Assembly: GCA_965242865.1 (NCBI GenBank)
Contig: CBDETK010000013.1
Coordinates: forward strand, 800,001 to 864,000
Length of the DNA stretch: 64,000 nucleotides
DNA from: Candidatus Latescibacterota bacterium
GTDB lineage: Bacteria; Latescibacterota; UBA2968; UBA8231
Direction: 5' to 3'
This document shows, one piece after another, positions 1 to 13,581 of the stretch (the first letter of the stretch is position 1; each line of letters starts with the position of its first letter). The translations under genes and the position numbers were made by a program. Under the pieces are notes generated by a model. That model was not told the origin of the DNA, did not search any database, and saw only the letters and a program-made list of their open reading frames with translations.

Positions 1-568
1 CCGCTCCGACGCTTTCGAGGACGACGCCGGCGATCTCAACGCCGGCTTTGGAAGCGGCGTGGCGAAAGGCCGTGCATAGATGCCCGTCCGCGGCAACCGT
101 TAGGACCTCGATTGACAGGCGATTGCCGTGTAACCAGAGCGGGTTTTGCACGGGCTCGTCATCGACGGCATAGCTCTGGACGAAGCGGTGGATCACCGTC
201 TGGTCCTCGGCGGATTGTTCTTGGGCGACGGCGAGTAGGGCGCGGTCCCGGTCCTCTTCGGAGATCGGGTTGGAGGAGCCGGAGATGCCCACCGTACTGA
301 CCGCGCGGTGAGCGCTGATGCCTTCGCCGGCCATGCCGAGATACGCCCCGGCGATTTTGAGGCCGGTCGAGCGCTCCGCTTCAGTGAGGGCCGTGCGGAT
401 GGACTCGGCTACTTGGGGCATGTCGATGACGGCACTGCGGCGCAGACCGGTGCAGGGGCTTTGCCCTAGGCCCAAAATTTTGACTTGAGAATTGTTGTGA
501 ACCTCGCCGACTAGGCACAAAACTTTTGCTGCACCAACATCGAGAACGACGACGGGGGATCCAGTCAT
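1..568 (-). CDS. ftsA: FtsA-like actin-family ATPase, 5' part (runs off the window's left edge)
   Basis: Not in the ORF track. Manual translation from ATG at 568 (GGAAGG RBS) gives MTGSPVVVLDVGAAKVLCLVGEV...ILGLGQSPCTGLRRSAVIDMPQVAESIRTALTEAERSTGLKIAGAYLGMAG...QSYAVDDEPVQNPLWLHGNRLSIEV, which fits the FtsA N-terminal and SHS2 pattern. Open to position 1. Confidence 0.8.
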   Translation of the reverse strand, partial: MTGSPVVVLDVGAAKVLCLVGEVHNNSQVKILGLGQSPCTGLRRSAVIDMPQVAESIRTALTEAERSTGLKIAGAYLGMAGEGISAHRAVSTVGISGSSNPISEEDRDRALLAVAQEQSAEDQTVIHRFVQSYAVDDEPVQNPLWLHGNRLSIEVLTVAADGHLCTAFRHAASKAGVEIAGVVLESVGA

Positions 569-762
569 GGTTGGCGTACCTTCCTTCTAAGGGCCGCCGC
601 AAAGCAGCGCGTAGGAACAGGCGGGGATATAATGAGGGAGGAGAGAAAAGCGACCGCTAGCGGCGGCTGTGCGACAAATAGTACCCGCGCTTACGAGCCA
701 GACAAAGGGGGAAGCCGGCCTACCGTAAGCACTTAGCATGTAGTACTCATTAAGGATATGGA

Positions 763-791
763 AGGATAGCGAAGCGGCAGGAGAAAGTCAA
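763..791 (-). promoter_or_regulatory. Putative sigma-70 promoter for the ftsA-like gene
   Basis: Minus strand TTGACT-N17-TATCCT. Confidence 0.55.
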
Positions 792-816
792 GCCCGCCAG
801 AGGGCTGGAAATGGCC

Positions 817-845
817 TTGACTGAGCCAAGGCTTGCGCCTAAGAT
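817..845 (+). promoter_or_regulatory. Putative sigma-70 promoter for ssb
   Basis: TTGACT-N17-TAAGAT. Confidence 0.6.
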
Positions 846-911
846 AAGCGAAATTGGGAACGTTCATGGGCGCGATCGCGGCTGCGAGACGCCCGCAAAA
901 AGGAGCGAATA

Positions 912-1430
912 ATGGCCCGTGGGGTAAACAAAGTAATTTTGATCGGCAATTTGGGCAGCGATCCCGAAGTGCGCTACACGCCGGACGGAGTGCCCGTAGC
1001 CAATTTCAGCTTGGCCACGACGGAAAGCTGGAACGACCGCAATACAGGCGAGCGCCAAGAGCGAACCGAGTGGCATCGGCTCGTGCTTTGGCGGCGGCAG
1101 GCCGAGGTGGCCCAGCAGTATCTCAAAAAGGGCAGCAAGGTCTATGTCGAAGGCAAGTTGCAGACTCGCTCTTGGGACGACCAGAGCGGTCAGAAGCGCT
1201 ATACGACCGAGATCGTAGTCTTTGACATGCAGATGCTCGATTCCCGCGGCGAGGGGGGCGGTGGCGGCGGCGGCGGTCGAGATGCTGGCTACACGGCCCG
1301 CGGCGAGAGCGGTGGCGGCGGTGGCCGAGACGCTGGCTACAACGCCGGCGGGCAAAGCACCGGCCCGGCCGCCCAGCCCGACGCAGCACCCCCGCCGCCC
1401 GGGGGCGACGACGACGATCTGCCGTTCTAA
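912..1430 (+). CDS. ssb: Single-stranded DNA-binding protein
   Basis: [16 protein letters not shown]-fold start, TEWHR, Gly-rich linker, DDDDLPF tail, AGGAG RBS. Confidence 0.98.
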   Translation: MARGVNKVILIGNLGSDPEVRYTPDGVPVANFSLATTESWNDRNTGERQERTEWHRLVLWRRQAEVAQQYLKKGSKVYVEGKLQTRSWDDQSGQKRYTTEIVVFDMQMLDSRGEGGGGGGGGRDAGYTARGESGGGGGRDAGYNAGGQSTGPAAQPDAAPPPPGGDDDDLPF

Positions 1431-1432
1431 GT

Positions 1433-2285
1433 TTGGCCGGCAGCTTCTTCCACTTGTGGCTGGCCGAGCGGGCTTTTCCCCTAGTCTTTGGCGACCGCGC
1501 CGGCGAAGGGTCGCTCCAAGCGGCCTTTGCCGCGGGTTCCGTAGGCCCGGACATCGGTTTTTTCCCCGGCGGCCCGGCGGCCTTATCGCATCGGGCGCAT
1601 CTAGAGCGGTGCGGCGACTTTTTGCGCGCCCTGACCCAAGGGGCCGCCAGCCCTGACGAGCAGGCGTTTGCCGCGGGTTGGGGCCTGCACGTCTATGCGG
1701 ACTTGGCCGTGCATCCTTGGGTTGAGGCCCGGGTGGCCGCCTTGCTCGGCGAGGGCACTCGGCCGGCCGCGCCTGATTTGTGGCACCTGCGCTTGGAATG
1801 GGGCATTGATTGCCGCTTGCTCGCCGGCGAGGGGATGGGCGGGCTGTGGAGTGCGCGCTTGCACTTTCCCCGCCGCGCTGATGGCCGCAGCTTGTTGGGA
1901 GAAGTGGGAGCGGCTTTCTATGGCCGAGACGCCGACGAGAGCCTGCTGAAACGCGGGGAGGAGGCCACCGCCCGGTGGCTGCAGCGCATTCCCAAAATTC
2001 TCTGGTGGGGAGGGCATATCCGCATGGCCGGACGCCGCCCCAATCCCCTGTGTTCGTTGGCGTTTGCCCACTTGGGGCGCAAGGTCCTCGGGGATTGGCT
2101 CCAGCACTGGGCGCGGTTTAAGGACGGCGCGGCCTTGGCGCGTCCCTTGGTGCCCGCAGACCAAACCTACGAGCAGGTCGTCGAGTTAGGAGAATCAGCG
2201 GTGGAAAAATTTTGCCCGGCGTTTGACGAGGGGTTTGCCCAGTTGGGCAATCCCGATTTATACACGGGGACGGGCGAAGGACGCG

Positions 2286-2293
<8 letters not shown>
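1433..2293 (+). CDS. Zinc-dependent phospholipase C-family protein
   Basis: N-terminal His, GSVGPD, GWGLHVYADLAVHP and HLRLEWGID metal-ligand motifs. Confidence 0.75.
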
Positions 2294-6516
<4,223 letters not shown>

Positions 6517-6525
6517 GGCCATCGC

Positions 6526-7638
6526 ATGGAGCTCGTGGAGTTGCAAAGGGCGGGGTTGCTCTTGAGCGGCGCGATTTACGTGGGCAGCGTCCTCTGGCTG
6601 TGGCGCGGCTTGAGCCGGTCGCGCGCTGGCCCGGGCCGAGTCCGCGCTCGGCCCTCGGTCAGCGCCATCGTGGCCGCGCGCAACGAAGAGGCCACCTTGC
6701 CGCACTGCTTAGACGCCCTCGCCCGTCAGGATTATCCGGGCGCGTTTGAAGTGATCGTGGTAGATGACCGCTCGAGCGACCGAACATGGGACCTCATTGC
6801 GGCCAAGGCGGCGACTTGGGCGGCCCTCAAGGGCGTACAGGCCGCGCCCCACGGGCGCTTTACGTGCCCCAAGAAAAGCGCGCTAGCCCAAGGGATTGCC
6901 GCGAGCACTGGGGAGATTTTGCTCTTTACCGATGCGGATTGCCGCCCGCCCGCCGACTGGGTCCGCTCGATGGTGGCGCACTTTGCCCCGGAGGTAGGCT
7001 TCGTGGCCGGGTACGCGCGGCCCGACCCGGTCTGTGGGGTGCTGGCCAAGGTCTTGGCCTTAGACAATATCGGGGTCGGGGCGCTGGGGGCTGGCAGCTT
7101 TGGCATGGGGCAGCCGCTGTCGTGTACGGGCCGCAATTTGGGCTACCGCCGCCAAGTGTACGACGAGCTGGGCGGCTTCGCCCCAATCGGCCACCTGATC
7201 GGGGGCGACGATGTGTACTTCATGCGCTTGCTCAGCGCCCAAAACAGGTGGGCCATGGCGTTTAATCGCCGGGCTGTCGTGCGCTCGCAGCCGCCGCCGG
7301 CTACGCTCGCAGCTGCCGTGCAGCAAAAGCTGCGGCACGCGGCCAAAGGAGGCCACTACCAAGGCCGCGCCTTCTATTTGGCCGTGGGGGTCTATTTGTT
7401 CCACGGCTTTCTCGCGTGGGGGCTGGGGCAGATGCTCTGGAGCCAACGCTGGGATGGCTGGGTAGCCGGGGTGTGGTTGGTGCGCTGGGCCGTTGACTTT
7501 TTGCTGCTCAAGCGGATGGCCGAGCCCGAGGAGCGCCCCCTCCTGCGCTATTTGCCGCTGGTGGAAGTTTTGTATATTCCCTACGTGCTGGTTTTTACGG
7601 TTGTCGGCCGTTGGGGTTGGTTCCGCTGGAAACCCTAA
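6526..7638 (+). CDS. GT2 glycosyltransferase with C-terminal TM helices
   Basis: IVAARNEE, VDDRSSD, TDADC, GGDD, QKLRH. Confidence 0.9.
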   Translation: MELVELQRAGLLLSGAIYVGSVLWLWRGLSRSRAGPGRVRARPSVSAIVAARNEEATLPHCLDALARQDYPGAFEVIVVDDRSSDRTWDLIAAKAATWAALKGVQAAPHGRFTCPKKSALAQGIAASTGEILLFTDADCRPPADWVRSMVAHFAPEVGFVAGYARPDPVCGVLAKVLALDNIGVGALGAGSFGMGQPLSCTGRNLGYRRQVYDELGGFAPIGHLIGGDDVYFMRLLSAQNRWAMAFNRRAVVRSQPPPATLAAAVQQKLRHAAKGGHYQGRAFYLAVGVYLFHGFLAWGLGQMLWSQRWDGWVAGVWLVRWAVDFLLLKRMAEPEERPLLRYLPLVEVLYIPYVLVFTVVGRWGWFRWKP

Positions 7639-7652
7639 CTGAAGGAGCTGAT

Positions 7653-8720
7653 TTGGCTTACCTGATCGCGCCCAAAGCCTTGCCGCGCTACGCCCGGCGC
7701 TACGCCCGCGTATTTTCTTGGCGGCGGCTCGTCAATTTTTTCGCCGTTTTGGCCTCCATGGTGCTGTCGTGGATGACCCGCCGGCCCATCGTGTGGGGCC
7801 GGCCTTTTATGCTGATGGTCGAGCCGACCAATTTCTGCAACCTCAAGTGCCCCTTGTGCCCTTCGGGCAACGGCCAGATGCGCCGCCCGCGAGGCTCTAT
7901 GGGCTTGGAGGACTTTAAGAAGTTGGTGGACGAACTCGGCAGCGAGGTCTTTATGATGATGCTGTGGAACCAAGGCGAGCCGTACATCAACAAGTGCTTC
8001 AACCAGATGGTGCGCTACGCCAGCGACCGCGGCATCTTCACCTTCACGAGCACCAACGGCCACTTCGTCCGCGCTCCCGAGCAGGCGCAGGCCATCGTCG
8101 AGTCCGGGCTAGACGAGATGATCGTCTCGCTGGACGGGGTCGATCAAGCTACGTACGAACGGTATCGGGTCGGCGGCCAGCTCGAGCGCGTCTTCTCCGG
8201 GGTCCGGCTGCTGGTCGCGGCCAAAGAGGCGCTGGGGTCGCAGACGCCCCTGATCAACTTGCAATTCATCGTTATGAAGCACAACGAGCGCGATCTGGCC
8301 ACGGCCGAAGCGCTGGCCAAGGACCTGCGCGTTGACAAGTTCTTGGTCAAGACCGCCCAAGTGTACACCGAGGCCGACGCCGAGGCGTTCTTGCCCGCGG
8401 ACGAACAGTACAGCCGCTACGAGCGCGCCGAGGGCGAATTAGCGGTCAAGGGGCAGCCCACGCGGGGTTGCAAGGTGCTGTGGTACAGTTCGATGGTCAA
8501 TTGGGATGGAGCGGTCGCGCCCTGCTGCTTTGACAAAGACGTCGATTTTGGCATGGGGCAGGCCTTCAATGGCCGGTCTTTTGACGCGATTTGGCGCAGC
8601 CGGGCCTATATGGACTTTCGCCGCCAAGTCCTCGCCGACCGCACTCGCTTTGATATGTGCCGCAACTGTTCCGAAGGCTACCGCGGCATGTTCTCCCTGA
8701 TCAAGGAAATCAAGGGCTGA
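7653..8720 (+). CDS. Radical SAM/SPASM-twitch domain protein
   Basis: CNLKCPLC, QGEP, C-terminal C...PCC...CRNC; TTG at 7653 follows AAGGAG. Confidence 0.9.
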   Translation: MAYLIAPKALPRYARRYARVFSWRRLVNFFAVLASMVLSWMTRRPIVWGRPFMLMVEPTNFCNLKCPLCPSGNGQMRRPRGSMGLEDFKKLVDELGSEVFMMMLWNQGEPYINKCFNQMVRYASDRGIFTFTSTNGHFVRAPEQAQAIVESGLDEMIVSLDGVDQATYERYRVGGQLERVFSGVRLLVAAKEALGSQTPLINLQFIVMKHNERDLATAEALAKDLRVDKFLVKTAQVYTEADAEAFLPADEQYSRYERAEGELAVKGQPTRGCKVLWYSSMVNWDGAVAPCCFDKDVDFGMGQAFNGRSFDAIWRSRAYMDFRRQVLADRTRFDMCRNCSEGYRGMFSLIKEIKG

Positions 8721-9895
8721 TGCCCGAAACCCTCTTGATGTCCTGTGCGCTGGCCTACTTGCTCGGGGCTTGTTGGTTCGTCGCTGGGATGCGCCGGTCC
8801 GCCCGGGCCGCCCAGGCCGTCCACGCCGCCCATGCCGCGCGCGTCCGGTCGGTCTCGGTCGTCGTGGCCGCGCGCGACGAAGCCACCCACATCGCCTCCT
8901 GCCTGCGCGCCCTGCTGGCGCAGGATTACTCCCGAGAACTCTACGAAATCATCGTCGTGGACGACGGTTCCACCGATGGCACGGGCCACGTCGTGCGCGA
9001 GTTCAGTGGGGGGAGTGCGTCCGTGCGCTTGCTGCGAACCGAAGGGCCGGGTTCCAAGAAAGCCGCGCTCAGTTTGGGGATCGCCCGAGCGCGGGGCGAG
9101 GTGATTTTGACCACGGATGCGGACTGCGAGGTCGCGCCGGGCTGGATCCGCGGCATGGTGGCGCACTTTGACGACGGGGTGGGCATGGTCATCGGCTGTT
9201 CGCAAATCGGCTCGCCGGCCGAGATTAAGGGGGGGCGTCAGGGCTACGAGGCCGTTGATTTCACCTGCTTGATGGCCTGTATCTGGGGCAGTGCCGGGTG
9301 GGGCCATCCCATGGCGGCTTCCGGGCAGAATTTGGCCTTTTTGCGGGAGGCGTTTTTCGACGTGGGCGGCTATAAAGAAATCATGCACCGGGCTTCGGGC
9401 GACGATGTGCTGCTCATGCAGGCCATGCGCCGCTCGGGCCGGTGGTCCGTGGTTTTTGCCAGCCATCCCGCGACCTTTGTGCGCCATCCGGTGGCCGCGT
9501 CGTGGGGGGCGTTATTCGGCCAGCGCAGCCGCTGGGCCTCCAATGCCCCGCTGCTCGCTCGCCTCGACCCGCTCTTTTTTGGCTACATGCTGCTCACCTA
9601 CACTTTGAACTGGGCAATGCTGCTCGCCCCGCTGCTGTGCTGGGCCGGCTTGCTAAATCCCCTGTGGGCCTTGGTCATGGTGGGGGCGAAAGGGGTGGGG
9701 GAGTGGGGGGTATTTAGCGGCGGCGTATTGCTGTCGGGCCGGCGCGAGTTGCGCCGCTATTTACCGCTTTGGCTCTTGTTGCAACCCCTGCACGTAATTT
9801 TGGTCGGCAGCGTTGGCTGCTTGGGGATTTTTCGCTGGAAGGGCCGCATCCACCTGTGGGGCCGGCGCGTCCAACTATCTCAGTCCCGCCGCTGA
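8720..9895 (+). CDS. GT2 glycosyltransferase (paralog of 6526-7638)
   Basis: VVAARDE, VDDGSTD, TDADC, SGDD, QRSRW; TGATG coupling with the rSAM gene. Confidence 0.9.
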   Translation: MPETLLMSCALAYLLGACWFVAGMRRSARAAQAVHAAHAARVRSVSVVVAARDEATHIASCLRALLAQDYSRELYEIIVVDDGSTDGTGHVVREFSGGSASVRLLRTEGPGSKKAALSLGIARARGEVILTTDADCEVAPGWIRGMVAHFDDGVGMVIGCSQIGSPAEIKGGRQGYEAVDFTCLMACIWGSAGWGHPMAASGQNLAFLREAFFDVGGYKEIMHRASGDDVLLMQAMRRSGRWSVVFASHPATFVRHPVAASWGALFGQRSRWASNAPLLARLDPLFFGYMLLTYTLNWAMLLAPLLCWAGLLNPLWALVMVGAKGVGEWGVFSGGVLLSGRRELRRYLPLWLLLQPLHVILVGSVGCLGIFRWKGRIHLWGRRVQLSQSRR

Positions 9896-9909
9896 CGAGG
9901 GAAGCCTAC

Positions 9910-10560
9910 GTGGGGACGCACAAAGGCGACCGAGCCCAAATCGTCTGCCGAGCCTTAGAGAAAACCATTCCCCAAGCGAGAGTGGAGCTCAACTACGGCA
10001 ATGCCTTAGAGCTGATGGTGGCGACCCTGCTCGCGGCGCAGAGCACGGATGTCAAGGTCAACGAAGTCACGGCCGGGCTGTTCAAAAAATACCAGTGCGC
10101 GGCCGACTACGTGGCGGTGGCGGTCGAGGAGCTGGAGGAGGATATTCGGCCAACCGGCTTCTACCGGCAAAAGGCCAAGCATATCCGCGCGGCCATGGGG
10201 ATGCTCCTCGCCGAGCACGACGGCCAAGTCCCCGGGCAGATGGACGCCTTGCTTGGCTTGCCCGGCATTGGTCGCAAGAGCGCGAATGTCATCCTCGGCA
10301 ACGTGTATGGCGTGCCCGGCATCGTGGTCGATACGCATGTCGGGCGGGTGAGTCGGCGCTTGGGGCTGACCGCAGCAACGGACCCAGTCAAAGTCGAAAG
10401 GGCCTTGGCCCTACTGCTGCCGCCCGAAGAGTGGACGGCGTTTGGGCAGCGCGTGGTTTTGCACGGCCGCTACGTGTGCAAGGCGCGCAAGCCCCGGTGC
10501 GACGAGTGCGTCCTCATGCCGCATTGCGATTATTTTGCCAGCCAACCGGCGGGCATTTAG
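9910..10560 (+). CDS. nth: Endonuclease III
   Basis: LAAQSTD, HhH motif LPGIGRKSAN, VDTHV, CX6CX2CX5C. Confidence 0.95.
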   Translation: MGTHKGDRAQIVCRALEKTIPQARVELNYGNALELMVATLLAAQSTDVKVNEVTAGLFKKYQCAADYVAVAVEELEEDIRPTGFYRQKAKHIRAAMGMLLAEHDGQVPGQMDALLGLPGIGRKSANVILGNVYGVPGIVVDTHVGRVSRRLGLTAATDPVKVERALALLLPPEEWTAFGQRVVLHGRYVCKARKPRCDECVLMPHCDYFASQPAGI

Positions 10561-11837
10561 GAACGCCGTTGCGGCAGGCGCTTGAGGACGGCGATTATTT
10601 CGGCCGGCGTTTGCGAGGCGAGCATATCGCGGTGGGCCGCGTCCGTGTGCATCAAGGTTGCAATCTGCGCTAGGATGGGGATGTAGCTGCGGTAGTTTTG
10701 CTCTGGGGTCAGCAGCAAGAAGATGAAGTGGACCGGCTCGTTGCTGGGGCTTTCAAAATCAATGCCTTGGGGGCAAATCCCCAGACAGCCGATGATGCCG
10801 GGCAGGTCTGGGATGGGCGCGTGGGGGATGGCGGTGCCGTGCCCGAGTGCGGTCGATCCTTTGCGCTCGCGGTCGAGCGCGGCTGCGAGCACGGTCTGGC
10901 GTTCGCTGAGGGGGATTTGTTTCTCTTCGATGAGGGCATCGACCATCTGGGCGATGGCGTCCCATTTGTCTTTGGGGGTGAGGTCTAAGCGGATGGTGTG
11001 TTCCCAGAAAATGCGACTCAGCTGCAGGTCGTTGGCCGCAGCCGAGCGGACCATGAGCACCGAACAGGGCACCTGATAGGCGATTTCGTCGGGGATGGAG
11101 CCGGCGAGATGTTCGTCTTGACGCCAGTCGTTGGACGCGCCGAGTACGATCAAATCGTGGTTTTGCGCTCTGGCGACGATGGCCGGGACCACCGTGCTGG
11201 CCGGGACCACCGCGAGCGGCGCGTCGATATTCAGCAGGTCTAGCTGCAAGCGCGTGTCTGCGGCTAGCTGGGAACAGTAGCGCTGGAGGATCGGGTCGGA
11301 CGGGTCGCGGGGGTCGCGCACGATGCGGAGGATTTCTAGCTCAGCGCCCCAAGTTCGGGCCAGATCGTAGGCGATCTGCACGCCTACCAGCGCGTGATTG
11401 CCCCCGCCAAAGGGCACGAGAATCCGGCGCACCGGCCCGCTCTTCTTTTCCTTAAAGATCAAGGTATCTACGTCAATGGCCTTGGTCAGGGCGCGATTGG
11501 GGGCGGATAGGATGGCGTCGCGCTCGACCTTGGCATTCCAAGCCATGAGCATCATGTTGCAGCTCCAGCGGCGGACCGCCCGCTGAATTCCGCTCGTCAC
11601 GTCCGCGTCTTTTTCCAAATGGGCGATGGCGCCGATGTCGTGGACCATGGCCCGGTCGACCGAAACTTGGAGGGCCTGTTCTATATCGGGGCGCGGCTTT
11701 GCATCGGGCGTCAGGATGTGGGTCAAGTGCAACTCGCCCCAAGGCGAAAGGGCGAGGGTCGCCGCCAAATCCACGAGCTTGTGCTGTTGGTGCGGGTTTT
11801 CGAGGGGGACCAGAATGCGAAGTTGAGCAGGCGACAT
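10557..11837 (-). CDS. Two universal-stress-protein domains fused to a PTS EIIA (Fru/Ntr-type) domain
   Basis: RILVPL and RRILVPFGGG USP starts, DLIVLGAS...GSIPD...PCSVLMVR; EIIA motif RE.KGSTALGHGTAIPHA. Confidence 0.8.
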   Translation of the reverse strand: MSPAQLRILVPLENPHQQHKLVDLAATLALSPWGELHLTHILTPDAKPRPDIEQALQVSVDRAMVHDIGAIAHLEKDADVTSGIQRAVRRWSCNMMLMAWNAKVERDAILSAPNRALTKAIDVDTLIFKEKKSGPVRRILVPFGGGNHALVGVQIAYDLARTWGAELEILRIVRDPRDPSDPILQRYCSQLAADTRLQLDLLNIDAPLAVVPASTVVPAIVARAQNHDLIVLGASNDWRQDEHLAGSIPDEIAYQVPCSVLMVRSAAANDLQLSRIFWEHTIRLDLTPKDKWDAIAQMVDALIEEKQIPLSERQTVLAAALDRERKGSTALGHGTAIPHAPIPDLPGIIGCLGICPQGIDFESPSNEPVHFIFLLLTPEQNYRSYIPILAQIATLMHTDAAHRDMLASQTPAEIIAVLKRLPQRRS

Positions 11838-12011
11838 CTTAGGTGTGAGGCATCAGCCTAGGCAGTACTCAGTAGCATGTATTTAATGTAAATCAAATAT
11901 AAAACAGACCGCCATCTTTTCCACCTCCTTTGTCCTCTTTTGTCGCTGGGGCGGGGTTGCCAGCGGCCGTGGGGTGCGGTTTGTTGTAAGCCATTCAACC
12001 GGGAGGTTTGC

Positions 12012-12989
12012 GTGAAGATATTGATTACGGGCATTACCGGCCGCATTGGCGTCAACTTGGCCAACCAACTCGTCGAGCGCGGTCATCGCCTCCGCGGGCT
12101 GGTCTGGCCGCGCGACCCGCGCGTGGAAAATCTCAAGCAGATGCAGGTCGAACTCGTCGAGGGAAGTTTGACTGAGCCGACGACCGTTGAGCAAGCAGTT
12201 GAGGGCGTCGAGGCCGTCTATCACTTGGGGGCGGCCTTTCAGGGCGGCGGTCCCTTTACCGACGAGGAGTTTTTTGAGATCAACGTGCGCGGGACCTTCA
12301 ACATGCTGGAGGCCGTGCGCCGAGCGCAGGGAATCGGCCAGTTCCTATTCGCCAGCACGGACGCGATATACGACAAGTACATCCCCGGGGGCATGACCGC
12401 GCCCATTGACGAACAGACGCCGCGCGTGCCCCGGGGCGCGTATGCCCTGACGAAGGCCCTCGGCGAGGAATTGTGTACCGGCTATTGGCACAGCTACCAA
12501 GTGCCGACGACCATTCTGCGCTTCGCCATGGTGCGGGCGGCCGACGAAATTTTGGACTTTCCCCAGTTCTACTTGAGCAAGATGAAAGAGACGCACCCGG
12601 AGTTGGCGGCCTTGTGGCAGGGCCGAGAGTGCGCGGTGCTGCTCAAAGACCGGCGCGGTCGCCCGTTCAAAAAGCACATCGCCGACGTGCGCGACATCGC
12701 GCATGGCTGCCTCTGCGCCTTGGGCAAAGAAAGGGCGCTGGGCGAGACCTTCCAGCTCGCGGGGCCGCGCCCGTTCACTTGGGACGAGGTGAGTTACCGG
12801 CTCGCTGAATTGTGCGACCTGCCCCACGTTGAAGCGGCCGTACAGGGCACGCCTACGTTCTACGAATTCAACCTGCGCAAGGCCGAGGAATATTTGGGAT
12901 TTAGCCCGCGGTACGATGTCGTGCGGATGATCGTCGATGCGCTCAGCTATCAGCGGGGGGAGGATATTGGGGTGTTGCCGCATGGTTGA
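12012..12989 (+). CDS. NAD-dependent epimerase/dehydratase
   Basis: ITGITGRIG, INVRGT, YALTK (YxxxK); GGAGG RBS before GTG. Confidence 0.9.
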   Translation: MKILITGITGRIGVNLANQLVERGHRLRGLVWPRDPRVENLKQMQVELVEGSLTEPTTVEQAVEGVEAVYHLGAAFQGGGPFTDEEFFEINVRGTFNMLEAVRRAQGIGQFLFASTDAIYDKYIPGGMTAPIDEQTPRVPRGAYALTKALGEELCTGYWHSYQVPTTILRFAMVRAADEILDFPQFYLSKMKETHPELAALWQGRECAVLLKDRRGRPFKKHIADVRDIAHGCLCALGKERALGETFQLAGPRPFTWDEVSYRLAELCDLPHVEAAVQGTPTFYEFNLRKAEEYLGFSPRYDVVRMIVDALSYQRGEDIGVLPHG

Positions 12990-13008
12990 GGATTGGGGAT
13001 CGTGGAGC

Positions 13009-13036
13009 AGCGCTCAGCACGGGGGCTGAGCGCTAC
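13009..13036 (-). repeat. REP-like palindrome between convergent genes
   Basis: Minus strand GTAGCGCTCAGC-CCCCGT-GCTGAGCGCT: GTAG head and 10-bp stem. Confidence 0.65.
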
Positions 13037-13065
13037 GGGGCTATGTGTTGCCGTATGGTTGGGGG

Positions 13066-13434
13066 TTAGGTTTCGTGGGGGACCAGTTCTGCGGCGATGG
13101 CGGCTAGGACGTCTTCGGTGCGGAAGGGCTTGTAGAAAATGGGGCATCCCTTGAGGGCTTGCAGGACTTCCTGCAGCTCGTCGGATGAATGCCTTTGGCG
13201 CGAGAGGAAGGCGATCAGCTTGGTAGGGTCGAGCAAGCTCAGCGCCGTGAGAAAGGGGGTGGGGTCGTCCACCTCGACTCCTAAGAGGACTAAGTCTGGG
13301 GCGTTGAGGCGATAGTGGTCGAGCCCGGCGGCTAGTTGGTTGGCGACTTGGACCTGATAGCCGGACCGCTTGAGCAATCCGGCGAGGGTCGCCCCGAATA
13401 CGGGATTGCGGTCGATGATCAGGATTTTGTACAA
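13066..13434 (-). CDS. Single-domain pseudo-receiver (response-regulator-like)
   Basis: KILIIDRN, PDLVLLG (Asp replaced by Gly), KPF loop. Confidence 0.75.
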   Translation of the reverse strand: MYKILIIDRNPVFGATLAGLLKRSGYQVQVANQLAAGLDHYRLNAPDLVLLGVEVDDPTPFLTALSLLDPTKLIAFLSRQRHSSDELQEVLQALKGCPIFYKPFRTEDVLAAIAAELVPHET

Positions 13435-13527
13435 TGCTTTGACTCGGGGCGGATTGGCGGCCGGTACAGCGGCTTACGGCCTAAAAAATTAAGCGGTGGC
13501 CCCAACCTGTGCAAGACGGGGAATCGT

Positions 13528-13556
13528 TTGACAACGCCAGATACGTCGGCTATACT
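13528..13556 (+). promoter_or_regulatory. Sigma-70 promoter for the amidohydrolase operon
   Basis: TTGACA-N17-TATACT. Confidence 0.75.
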
Positions 13557-13581
13557 GGCCGACCCGAAAAGACGGAGATGT

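Noticed and set aside
735-752. TAGCATGTA/AGTACTCA words shared with 11865-11881 as a LexA-like operator
   Set aside because: The words are in a different order at the two sites and give no convincing match to a known SOS box.
1249-1345. Duplicated GGGGRDAGY segment in ssb
   Set aside because: Low-complexity variation in the SSB linker is ordinary.
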